Made by a program: the position numbers and the translations under genes. A stretch of DNA of 64,000 bases, taken from NCBI GenBank assembly GCA_003971905.1, contig RSEE01000025.1, positions 186,001 through 250,000 of the forward strand. The letters are read 5' to 3'. Shown in pieces: positions 1 through 11,302 of the stretch. Origin of the DNA: Moniliella sp. 'wahieum' (lineage: Eukaryota). The stretch's first letter is position 1, and each line of letters begins with the position of its first letter. The notes beneath the pieces were generated by a model. The model did not search any database and was not told the origin of the DNA. It saw only the letters and a program-made list of their open reading frames with translations.

Positions 1-403
1 TCTACGGGGGCCAGCTGGATGGCGAAGGGAACGAGGTTCTGGACTTGGCTAACCCTGCGTTGTTAAGTCAGCTACAAACGCTAGCAGAGAGAACCCAGCG
101 GCGCTGGAGCCATTGGTGCGTGCTGTGAACCAGCAGAACCCCATGTTGGCTGAGGCGCTGCAGCGTAACCCTGCGCAGGTGCTGAGTCTCTTGACGGCCC
201 TTGGGGGTCGTGCGGGGGCGGAAGCGGAACCGGAATCTGTGCCTATCGAATCCCTTTCGGATGCGGAGCGGGGGGAGGTACAATCAATTGTCGATCTGGG
301 TGTACCGGAGGACAAGGCCGTGGAAGTGTACTTGCTCTGTGGGAAGAACGTGGAGCTGGCTGTGTCGTACTACTTCGAGCATCCGGAGGATTTTGCCGAC
401 TAG
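1..403 (+). CDS. RAD23: UV excision repair protein Rad23, C-terminal part (XPC-binding/STI1 domain + UBA2); 5'-truncated by window
   Basis: EPLVRAVNQQNPMLAEALQRNPAQVLSLL (XPC-binding-like) followed by C-terminal UBA-like LSDAERGEVQSIVDLGVPEDKAVEVYLLCGKNVELAVSYYFE; TAG at 401-403. Confidence 0.88.
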
Positions 404-577
404 ACCCTCCCTCTACGGCCATGCCTTGTCCCTCTGCATTTGACTAGAAGACCGTCGGACTCATCCCGTCGTCGAGGAATTGGATCGATTTGATGCCATT
501 TGTTTCTTTGAGACCCGGCCATTGTAGTCGACAGACCCTCTTTACTTTACCGGCTGAGCGACTCAGCTTGAGCGCCT

Positions 578-643
578 TGAGCCCTTAGGCTTTAGCCTTC
601 AAGCTTCAAGCTTCAAGGTTCAACGTTCAAGCTTCAAGCTTCA
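578..643. repeat. 7-bp lattice array (TNA-N4)n, mostly TCA-AGCT
   Basis: Ten TNA triplets in exact 7-bp register: TGA GCCC TTA GGCT TTA GCCT TCA AGCT TCA AGCT TCA AGGT TCA ACGT TCA AGCT TCA AGCT TCA. Confidence 0.9.
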
Positions 644-1185
644 CGCATGCGTATACACACCACGCTTGAACAGACATTCTCCCTTTTTACTCCTGTCCTG
701 TCCTACTAGTATTATAACTACCCTACGTTACCGTAGCGCCTGCTCCCCGACCTGCTGCTGCGATTGGGCGGCCTACTATAGGTCTCCCTGTCGCTCTTGC
801 TCATGATTCGATGATGATTGGCACCGCCGACGAAGTCTAGCCTTGACAGCGTTCAATAATAGGGCAGTCGCGCTCTTTGGGGGTTCTCGTCTGTCCTTTC
901 CGCTGTGGCACGGGGGGTTCCTATATAATGCCAACAGAGATCTTTTGTTCTCAGAGTCTATACCTTTCTCTTCTTACTCTTCTCCTTCCTCGCCGCCTTT
1001 CACTTGAATCAGGCTACTCTCGCCTCGCCAGCCTCGCCAGCCACCGGACTCGGTACTTAGTACTTACCAGCCTCACCGTCGGTGACCTCTACCCCGCAAT
1101 AACACTTGCTATCTGACAAATTGTCAGGAAACGTGAGATGGAGGAAAAGGGGCAAATGGGTTGGATACAACTCTCCCCATTGAAA

Positions 1186-1600
1186 TCAGCGCTCAGCGCT
1201 CGCAGGGTCCTCGCCGATGGATCTCAGATCTGTGACATGCATCTCACAGTCCCTGCCCCAGCCGCTCTGCCCGGCAATCCGCACTAAGCGCAAGCATTTG
1301 TACGCGTTATACGTTACGTTGTGCATTACGCGTTACGACACGAGGTTCCCTAGACGCGCTGAGAGACCCTGAGGCGCTGAGCGCTGAGGCAGCGGCTCGC
1401 GTCGGTACTGGACCCCACTTTGCCCCGCTTCCGAGCTGGCGACAAGGGTAACCTAACCGGTAACCGGTAACTAGGTAACTGGTGATTAACGTTTTACGTT
1501 GGACGTACTTGAAGCTTGAAGCTTGAGCTTGAACGTCTTGAACGATCATCGATCATCGATCTCATCCCGTGGGCGTTACCGGCCTTAGCTCTAAGCTTAG
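1186..1600. repeat. cluster of TNA-palindrome heptamer arrays
   Basis: TCA GCGC TCA GCGC (~1187); TTA CGCG TTA (~1327); TAA CCGG TAA CCGG TAA (1454-1470); TGA AGCT TGA AGCT TGA (1510-1526); TGA ACGA TCA TCGA TCA TCGA (1539-1559). Confidence 0.85.
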
Positions 1601-2266
1601 CCCTACGTAGGCCGGTAATATGAGTGTGGCCGTGCGCAAATCCACAAGCCATTCGTACTGGCTGCCACTCCAGCTCAAGTTCTCAGTCTCTACATCCACT
1701 GGCAGGAGGTCACCGGTCAACCCCCCAAACCAATGTCTCCGGGTTCCCTGGCCAGCGGGGATGTTGACTGTGATCCTCCGGCTCCCACTCGGTAGACCCT
1801 CCATTGGCTTCTCCACGCTGCGGGTATCGTCCCACAGCGTGGCACTTCAAGCTTCAGGCTTCATCCCCTCTGTGTCCTGCATTCTCTCTTGTATGCCTCA
1901 CTTGCCCTGTGCCTAGTCCGGCCTCCTATGTAGATGCTTCGTACCTAGACCCAACTCTGGCTCCAATCCATCACCTTCTCCTCATCCTTCTGCTCAGCGA
2001 TGAGACTCATCTGGCTCCCCAGGGCAACATCCTAGGCCTTCCCGTGGCGCCGTACGTCCTCTTAGATGTTATGCGCTTACGCGCTTACCCTGGTTACCCT
2101 TTACGCGATACGCGGTACCACCTTACGGAATTACTACTGGTTATCGCCGACGCGCTGACGGCCCGCGACAAGGCTCCGCATTATTGGAGCTGGATAATCC
2201 AGAGCGCGATGTATGGGTTAGATGGGGATCGACACCCACAATCTTGCAGTGCCGGTCGCTTTCACA

Positions 2267-2287
2267 TCATGCATCATGCATCATGCG
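2267..2287. repeat. (TCATGCA)n heptamer array
   Basis: TCA TGCA TCA TGCA TCA TGCG; similar arrays at ~2513, ~31533, ~33249, ~40484 and 44581 (other strand). Confidence 0.85.
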
Positions 2288-3889
2288 TTCTCCAGCCACT
2301 GGCCAGGCTAAATGCTACAAGAAACTGCTGCAAAACGCAGGTTTAACCGCCGGGGATGTAAACCTGAAACAAGTATACCGCTAGTGTTCGATGTAATACC
2401 CAGGTGGGTGGACGGGTGGAAGAGGCCCCTTTCCAGTGCCTTTCCGCGCGTTCATGCGAATCATTCATCACCCATTCGCCTCATCGCCTCCAGCACCCTG
2501 CTTCCGAGTGCCATGCATCATGCATCGTGTGTCAGCACATCAGCACTGCATCAGCCCCCACCTGCTGTTCTAAATTTGTTTGTTGCTAGACATGTCGCAA
2601 GTTCACCATGCCCCGACAGAAGTGCCTGCCAGTATCGAGTATCCCAAACTAGAGTCGACTATATCCCCTACCATTCCTACCATTGACTCGACAATCCCGC
2701 GCCCCGTGCCACACCATTTGCCACCGTCGTCATAAAACCCCGATGTAAGATATCTGGTGGGTGGTAGGTCCTAGGTATCCACCAGCCCGCCACAACACAG
2801 CCACAGCCACAGCCACTAGCAACGGTGACTGGTGACTGGTGTACGTACTTGATAAGAAAATGAGAAAAACTGTCACGGGCGGGCGCCGCCAGGGGGCCCG
2901 CCCTGGGGGTTTTGGGGTACAATCCCTTAGGCGACGGTAGGTCGACTCACGGTAGTTTCGGGCTTAGGCTGGTTGGTGCGTCCGAGCGGAGCTAGGGACG
3001 AGGAGAGGCCTTTGGTGGGGCGGCTGCACGTGTGGCAAGGCTGCGTCTGCACCGGCTTGGGCCGTAGTAACGTGTCTGAAGCCTCCGAGACTTAGGGACG
3101 GGAGGAGGCAGAGGGGGACAACACTGCCTCAACAGAGACTGGGAATCGCCGCGACCAGAGGAGGGCTCGCGCGATTGGACTGACGAAGGGCTGGGGACGA
3201 GGTCGGAGGAGAAGTCGGACGCTAACAAGAGAAGCTGCCTGTACTGGATAAATTGGCTGGAAACGGGCAGGAGTCGGACAGGATAGACGGGAAGGCGAGA
3301 GGATGACGAGAAAGGACGAGAATGGAAGGTGGGGGAAAAGATCCCCATCAACCAGGGGTACAGGCAGGATCAAAAGGGAAACGGATACAAGAGGGGGTGT
3401 AGAAAGGAAGACATGTCAAAAGCGGGGTTGGTCGCCGCAGGCGCGACCGAGAAAGGAAAAGGAAACGGAACGAGGCGGCAGACGCCGCCACGGCATTGGA
3501 AGCTCGGTGGCCTTATTTAGGCCGGCCGACTTGGACTTGGGCGGGGGGCGACTATTGTCGCGCGGAGCATGGCCCTTGTGCCACCGCACAGGGTACAACC
3601 AACCATCATCATACTTGGTTGGCCTGCGGAGCACGCTCTACTGGGCATGTGCGGCCGGCGGGCCTTAGCTTCGGTCGGACCATCTCGTGTCCGCCGCAGC
3701 CCGTGACAAAAACCAGGGTGCACACCGTTTATAGCTAAGCCTCACGCGCAAGTGTCGCTGTTCCGTCGCCCAGCCACAAGCGACCGCCCGCAACCCAGCG
3801 TATCTCGGTGATATTATTTTGCCTCTCCAGCATGGAATGGTGGAATGGTGGAACGGTGGCTACGAATCCCCTAGTACTATTGGTGGCCT

Positions 3890-5010
3890 TGCATCAAGCT
3901 CATGAAGCTTATAGCTTGAAGCATTATAAACGCGCTGAACGTTTCGAACGCCCTCGAAGCTTGAAGCTTGAAGAGCTTGTGAAGCTTGAAGCTTAAAAAG
4001 TTCCAGAGCCTCAAAAGCCTCATCTCATCGATCATTTCAAATCTCAGCCTTCCTCCGGCCTCTTCAGGCCTCAGGCTCAGAAGCTCACACGCTCACACAA
4101 GTTCCCTGAGAGTGTATTGACACTCAGTGCTCGGTACGCAGTCCATTCCTCAGTGTATTATACTAGTGCCCGCAGTACGCCGAGCCTGTTGAGCTCACAG
4201 TCGCTCAGCCTGATGATCGATGAACGCTGAGAAGCGCTTAAACAGACTCGTACTCAATCGCACGCAGTCCAGTACTGATTGTACTGATTGGGGCTTTGGA
4301 CGCCATCCGGGTCTTGGCCTGTCTTGTGGCGTGTGACGAGCACGCGTGATCGGGCCTTCAGTTTTTTCCGGGTGCTGAGATGGTGGGTGAGTCGGTGAAT
4401 TTGCGATCGGAAGATCTGAGATACGATGATCGATGGTCTGTGATCGATGAGCTCGTTACAGTAGGGCGTAACGCGTAACGCGTAAGGGGGTGTTGCGGCA
4501 GATCTTATACGACGTGTCTAAGATCTAAGAAGCAACGCGTAACGTGTTGCACCCTAAGACTTACAAGCTTACAAGCTTAAGCTCAAGCTCGCTCAGCGCT
4601 CAATCGCTCAAGCTTGAACTTCAAGCTTCAAGCTTCAAGCTTCAAGCTTCACGCTCCTAAAGCCTAAGGCCCAACAGCAGCAGGGCCTCTCCCTAGCCTC
4701 CCATCGCGCAGCACGCTCAGTCACACGCCACACTGGGCTGGGCTGCAGCAAACGGGTGGTGCTGGTAGGGCTGGTAGCTATGAATAAGGCCAAGGCCTAA
4801 GGCTGGTAACCGGTAACCGGTAACCGGTAGCCGGTATCCCGAGCTGGAATGCAACGATAGAGCTTAGAGAGCCCAGAAACATGTATGTAGGTGTGACGTT
4901 TCGGGCGATACGAGTGTGGGAAGTATGTACCTACTCTGAGGCACTCAGTACTCAGTCAGTACTTTATTCAGCGCTGAGGAGCGCTCAGCGCTGGTGCTGA
5001 GACTCAGCCA
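3890..5010. repeat. dense ~1.1-kb mosaic of TNA-palindrome heptamer arrays upstream of the Crz1-like gene
   Basis: TGA-AGCT units (~3955-3995), TCA GGCC TCA (~4064), TGA TCGA TGA (4441-4450), (TAA CGCG)x2 TAA (4469-4485), TAA GATC TAA (~4519), (TCA AGCT)x4 TCA (4621-4651), (TAA CCGG)x3 TAG CCGG (4807-4834), TCA GTAC TCA (~4945), TCA GCGC TGA (~4968). Confidence 0.88.
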
Positions 5011-5277
5011 GCTCTCCTGTGCTCACAGCGTCCCCTCTGTGGCGCTGAGAATAGTCCCGAGGCCCCACAGGTCATGGACCAGAAACCATCTGCAACAACC
5101 ATTGCTCTTTCGCCTTCTTGTAGCACCTTACTTCGCCAGAAATACTGCATGGTATCAATCCTGCCTGGCCACCAGCCCTGACCCCCTTTCTTCGCTGCCC
5201 TTGCATCCGACATCCTGGTTTCTCCGCCCCATTCCAGCCTTCACCCCCCCCCCTCAGCCTGTATCCTCTTAACCACC

Positions 5278-6917
5278 ATGATGTCGAGCCACAGCCTTGG
5301 CGTCTCCAGCCCAACGGGCGCGGCCTCCTCCTCCTCCCTAATGGGGCCAGCGGGGTCTACCCCTCCACTTCTCGTCCCGCTATCGTTTGATCGGACCGTG
5401 CCAATGTCTCCACCCGAACTTCTATCCGGACCGCTGAGCACCCCCCTTGGTCTTAATCCTGTATCCACTCCCTCCTTCGTCAGTCTGCCTAATTCTGCCC
5501 CTGCCCCTGCAGCCTGCGCAGCCTCTGCTTTGAACTCCAACAAGCCTCATCGCCTTACCGAAGTCACCGAGTACCAGCGTCCTCTCTCTCTTACTTCTTC
5601 CACGGAGATCCCCTCCGATTCCTACGACCACTTCAAACGCTTTCTCGGCCTCGGCCATGCCAGCCCTAACCCGACCTCCATCCTGCCTCATTCACAACTG
5701 CAGCCCGTGGTGGCACCTTCGCGTACGCTAACATCAACACAGCCACATTCTTACTCCCATCCCCTCCCACACCCCCAACCTAGCCCCTGTAATCGCACAT
5801 CCACAAGCTCTTTCCACATCACACCTCCCGTCAAGGCCGAGCCCGTCTCACCTCCCCGAACCCTGGACCAGCTTACGTTGAATTTTGACCCTGCTGGGGC
5901 GGCAATCCTGCCTGTATCCCAAGGTTCTTCGCAGCCACCCTGGTCACCCTCGCGGGACGGGGGGAGAGCCAAATCGTGCCGCGTGTGTCTCAACGGACGA
6001 GGTCGCAAACCTCATTGCACACGTCGCCGCGGAGCATACAGAGTGCCCTCAGTGGCCCAGTCTGGCTACGAGTAGCAGTGTCCCAAGCCTTCTGGATGAA
6101 CCACCGCAACTGTCTATCGTTCTACCTCCTCGCCAGCCTCCGGGCTCACTCTCTACCAGCCCCACCACCCTTGCTCCAGCCCGGACGGGTCGGAGGCGCG
6201 GCTCCTCTCTTCTCCTCAGCCTCCCGCACTGGCTCGGTCTCGCGGTCGTCCGACAGCTCACCAGCGATCGAAGGCGAGCTCACGTTCGGCCTTCTTTCTC
6301 GACCTATCCACCACCTGCAAGTCACCACGACCAAGACCAAGGCCGCCTCGGCTTCACGACGGAAAGGGGCGGCACCGTTCAAATGTCCGGTGCCCGGGTG
6401 TGAATCGTCTTTTACCCGTGCTTTGAATCTGCGGGGCCACTTGCGTTCGCACACGAACGACCGTATGCGTGCCGCTTTTGCAAGCGCAGCTTTGCCCGTG
6501 CCCACGACAAGCGTCGACACGAAAAGCTGCATCTCAACGTCCGTCCTCACACGTGCGCATTGTGGGCACCGAATTCGCCCACCTTGATGCGCTGCAGCGT
6601 CATCAATCCCTGGAGGGGACGCGTGTCCGTGCCTGCCCACCCTGAGTCTACAAGAGCAACTCACTCTTCACAATGCTCACAATATGCACACGCCCCATCC
6701 CCATGTTTCCTCTGTTACCAACCGCCATGTGTACCACCGGCACCCCCTCCTGGCGCCCCTCGCACCTCCAGCGCCACCAGCCGTCGCACACCCTCCAGGG
6801 CCCATAGGGACCGCACCGCTTGACCCCAACTCAAACGCAACTTGCCTCCCTTCCACGCCCATCTCCAGTTCCAATTCTACCCTCCAACCCCACCCGCTTC
6901 CGTGGCCACTATTGTAG
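5278..6917 (+). CDS. C2H2 zinc-finger transcription factor, Crz1-like (frameshifted in assembly; 3' end approximate)
   Basis: S/P-rich N-terminus. Joining frames at ~6378-6603 gives FKCPVPGCESSFTRALNLRGHLRSHTN..PYACRFCKRSFARAHDKRRHEKLH..PHTCA..CGTEFAHLDALQRH, three C2H2 fingers resembling fungal Crz1. Confidence 0.75.
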
Positions 6918-9182
6918 CTATGCCTAAACCTGTCCTTACTCTCCCTGTCTCCCTATTTCCCGCCGCATCTTTCACCACTCCTCACCTGTTGCACCCTCCC
7001 CGCCTACCTTCACCACCCCCGTTACCGCCTTCTTCTCTTCTCTCTTGGTCGATACCCAGACCGTGCACCTTCCAACTCGGTGCGGCCCTAGCCTAGCCTT
7101 GCCATCGCTGCGATCCTGTTACATGCACTACACATTGCGCGCGGCAAGCAAAAGGGAGAAGCAAGGAGAAGGATGAGTTGTACGCGGGAAAAGGGGTGGA
7201 TTTTTGGAGGGATAAATTTGTTGTCGACCGTATCCGTTTCGACTTTTGCTGCTTGTTTTTGTCTTGTTTCTATTCGCAATCTGTCCTTTTACTATGCACA
7301 GTCGTTTATACTTCAGGTTGGGGGGAGGTCTGCCATAGAGTGTTCTCACTAGGATTCTCTCGGGGTTGAAGTTAGGGGCCGGGGTATAAACCTTTTGGAC
7401 GAAAAATTTGAGCTCTGTATGCGCACCGTATATGTCCCTCTTCAGAACCCCTGCTCGGGAGTATAGGGTGTGAGGTGGGAGGAAGAGATCCTTGAACAAA
7501 TGCGATTGCCAATATCATGGGGCGAGCCCCGATGTAGGACACCCCATCTTTCTTCCGTTTGGGGGCAGAAAAAGTTGGCTGGGTCAATCGGAGCCAAGCA
7601 GGATGTCTCGTTTCAGATTCCGAAGCCGAGCGGGTGTAAGGGCCGGGAAGATATCCCTAAGAGTTTGGGCGGCGGTCCTCGTGCAAACGGTGCGGCTCAG
7701 ACCCCTTGCGACCTGGAGCGGCTTGCGCTGTTCGCCAAAACGCGCTGAAGGGGGCCAGGAGCACAGGGCTAACGCCGCTTTACCGTTATATCACTATGAT
7801 CACCAGACTGAAGAGCTAGGGTTGTTGACAAGCACGGAGGTTAACGGAGTATAGAGTGGAAGAAGCACTGGCAGTCGTGCCGCCATTAAATTGTGGTGAT
7901 GAAGATACTCTGGGGGAAAGCGAACACATGAGCACAAAGGAAGGCGCAGCCGCGCGGCCAGCGCGGTGCCCTAGTGCTATAGCGTCTCAGAAGGCCGGTT
8001 GTAGGGATGCACGACGTATGGGCACCCTTTCAAGAGGTCGGCAACGATGAGGCCGAGGCCTGTAGCGTCTTGTATGAATTCTATTGTGGATGTTGATGCT
8101 TAGCTGAGCGCGCAGGCTGAGCGCTGCGCATAATATAACTGGAATGCCTAGAACTCGTATGACATAGTAGTATATGGGATTAAGCTGTTGGGACGGGAAG
8201 AGGATGCTGGGCGCTGAGGATGCTTGCTTGTTATTAGAGCCTCAAAAGAAGATACTGGTTGCAAGATGTGACTTGCAATTCCATGCGAAAATGGTGCATT
8301 ATTGTGGTTGACGCGGAGACGCTGAGAGGACGCTGAGCCTCCGCGCCGAGGAGAGAGTTTCGTTGCGCAAATGAGGCCATCGGCCTGTACGCTCTCTCGG
8401 CTTTGGACGATATACACGAATCGTCTGGGTAGCAGATCTTCGACAGGGCAAGGGGCATGGTGCATGGTGAGGCACCATGCACAAGGGTTAAGGTTAAGGG
8501 AGGGGATCTGAGTGAGAGACGCGAAAAAAGAGCCCATATTGCACCGCAATGGTTAATGGCAAGAGGCAACAAAGGTACAAAAAGGGCGCGCGTCAAGGTG
8601 TGACATGTACATGCCACATGCGACGTGTCAGTGTGACAATGTGTCCTGTGACATGTGACAGTGGCTGTCGGTGGGGGGGCTCAAATTTCAAGGGCTCAGG
8701 TTGGGGCGGTGCGGATGGACGGGGCCGAGGCGAAGGACACGCGCAGCATGGCGATGGAGGCGATGGGGAGGACCGAAGCGGAGACTCTTGGGGACAGAAT
8801 GGGGCGCTGACGCGAGCGGAAGCACAGCCATCGGGCGCCGGGCGGACAGCCATGCGAGCGTCAGGCGACTGAGTCGAGCAGGCGCATAACAGGGCGGAGC
8901 AGCGCTTAGCAGGCCCAAGCACCAGCGCGGCAGCGCACGGCAGCGCCCTGGCCGCGCACAGGGCCAGTGTCGGCGCGTGCCAGGCACGCACAAGCCACGT
9001 CGGCTGCTGTGCTGCTTCGTTTGTGCTCCGACGGGCGACCGCTGATCCGGTGTTCCTGGCTGCCGGGGGCGCAGGCAGGCGCAGCGCCAGCGCCCGGCCG
9101 CGCCCCTTCGCCTCGCTCGCCTCGCTGCTCAGTTTGCCCGTCGAGGCCGAGTGCCGGGTACTCACCCACCCACCACCTCCCC

Positions 9183-10734
9183 ATGGAGCCGACGGCTGCA
9201 CCCGCCGACGCGTCCTCCACCGCGCGCCCCACCCGGCGGTACGGGCGCAGGGAGGACCTGCGTGGCAGCGGCAGTGGCAATGCGAGCGACCAGCAGTCTC
9301 ACTCGGACGCGGCCTTTTCTGTTGTCCTCTACGCCCCCCCCGCTGGCTTCGACGCGCACCATTGCCCGCTCTATGCAGGCGCCTGCGCTGAAGTCCAGGG
9401 CCACCTCACCTTTGACCCCGCCAATGTGAGCGGCGTGGCCATCACGATCTCTGCCTGGGCCAGCGCAAAGGACCCCGATGCCGGCATGGGACGCAGTGGC
9501 AGTCGCGGCTACTTGCGCAAGCTCATGTTTTCCGTTGAAGAGTCTTTTGGCCCCGATGAGTTTGTGCCCTGGCATGCGGATGATGTGGCGCGCCTGAGCC
9601 CCAACGCGTCCACCTTAGCCGACCTTCCTTCAACTTGAGCTTTCCCCATGGTGTGCCAGTGATGCGTATGGCGACGGCCAGCTCGCCCGGGCCTCCTTGC
9701 CCCCCTCCTTCCTTACATCCGACGACCCTCCCGAGCCCGACAGCAACAGTCCACCTTCACAACATGGAAAGCGTACTCGTCTCGTCTCCTTCAGCATGCT
9801 CAAACGCCTTGAACGCCCGGACGAGGCCGACGTGCTGGGTGTCTGGTACGCCGTTGACCTTACCCTGCTTCGCTCTTCCCCCACCACCTCCACCCCTGCC
9901 GCAGACACTATTCACATTCCTGTCTGTTTCCTTGGCGAGCCAGGGCCCTTGCCACCTGGACCAAGCGCCCTGCCCCTTTCCCCAGTCTTGGTTCCAGGGC
10001 AACCGATCGCGCCAGGCTGGGGGGTGAATGCGCACAAGACGCGCTGGGCTGCGCCTTGTGCTTCATCATCTTGGTCCGTCCTTCCCCTGAGGTGGAGCTG
10101 GAACTCCACATGCCCTTAGCTCCTTTGGTGGCCGGGCAGACGATGCCTTGTTTACTGGTGCTCCGCCCAGAGGTGGAGGAGCAGTTGCCCGGATCCCCGG
10201 CCCGGGTGGGGCGAGGGATGCCCACCCCACCTCCCTCAGCAGGGGAGACTGAGCGCTCCCTTTCCTCCGCAGATTTGGGAGGAGAAAAGAACGCCCTGGG
10301 TCGGAAGAATCAAACTCGTCGTTGGAGCATCCACGACGCAAAGTAGTGGAGGACCTTCCTCTCACCTTGCTCTCACCCTTGTCCAAGTGCTACAGGCCGA
10401 CGAAAATCACGTCCAGTCGGGTGCACGACCACCTAGGATACAACTGCTTGCCCGCGCTGCCTTGCACGAGGTTCCGGGTGTCGACGGCGCACGCGTTTTG
10501 GCTGGTAGCTTAATGGTGCCGGCCCACACCACTCCTAGTTTCCGTTGTGCTGCCGTCGTACTGGACCATGCGGTCAAACTCGACCTCCTCTCTCCCTCCA
10601 AGGTGGCCAAGGCTGTCGAACTCGATGGTCTTGCCACCGGCCCAGCCGGGCCGTCAGACTTGTCCGCTGGGCACAACGCTTTCGTCTCACCAATCCCAAG
10701 GCACCTTTGGGTCGATTGTAAGGTTCAGCGGTAG
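9183..10734 (+). CDS. hypothetical protein, possibly arrestin-like Ig fold (frameshifted)
   Basis: Overlapping ORFs 8967-9638, 9697-10119, 10056-10346 and 10387-10734 with PLY..EVQGHLTF..VSGVAITI, LPPSF, VWYAVDLTL, GSLMVP..TPSFRC..LDHAVKL, typical of fungal arrestin-like proteins. Confidence 0.5.
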
Positions 10735-11067
10735 CTGTTCTGATGATGTCATCTTTCACCTGCCTCCTACAGTCACCTTCCTTTTGTATCTGTACACTTC
10801 ATCTTTTCCGCCCCCCCCTCCCTGGTTGGCTTCTGGTAGTGCATCAGCTAGAGACGATCATGGCGGGAGCGTTCTTTGGATGGGTTTGGGCATTGCATAC
10901 CATAGGTCGTTGTTCTTCGGGAGGCTTTTGACCGTTATAGCGCACCGGTGAGAATTAAGGTCCAGTTGTATCAACGTACGCGTTGATCAACGTCATCAAA
11001 CTCGGGGAGAAAAAAAAACTCAAATGCAAACTTCTGCGTTCCTGGAAGAGCGAAGGGGCAAAAGTGA

Positions 11068-11151
11068 AGGTCCCACTGGGATTCGAACCCAGGTTTCAGG
11101 AAAGCGACGAGAGTCAGAATCCTACTTGCTAACCAACTACAATATGGAACC
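11068..11151 (-). tRNA. tRNA-Gln (anticodon CUG) with 11-nt intron
   Basis: Minus strand: GGTTCCA TA TTGT AGTTGGTTA GCAA G TAGGA TT CTG A [CTCTCGTCGCT] T TCCTG AAAC CTGGG TTCGAAT CCCAG TGGGACC T. All stems pair; oligo-T Pol III terminators lie downstream (A-runs on + at ~11060 and ~11008). Confidence 0.93.
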
Positions 11152-11302
11152 GCGTGAAAGCCCTAACGACCAATATGATTTGGAAGCGACACTTAGCAAT
11201 ACCCTCTTCTGTGTCATTTTTTTCTCGGTCACCCACTTAGATGAAAGCTAACCTATGGTTGTCCTTAGCTTCCTGAGATCTCAGGATGGATTCCAGGATC
11301 AA

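Noticed and set aside
599..643. Heat-shock element array or cloning polylinker (many restriction-site-like hexamers)
   Set aside because: Period is 7, not the 5/10 of nGAAn HSEs; the sites are degenerate, tandem and dispersed through native intergenic DNA, unlike vector sequence.
1400..5000. CRISPR array or large inverted-repeat transposon
   Set aside because: No constant 23-47 bp repeat with unique spacers; similar blocks at 1.3-1.6 kb and 4.4-4.8 kb are not collinear inverted copies; no transposase ORF recognised.
7128..8617. Short minus-strand ORFs (e.g. 7128-7499, 8148-8549)
   Set aside because: No recognisable domain; could be a degraded or lineage-specific gene but cannot be supported without a search.
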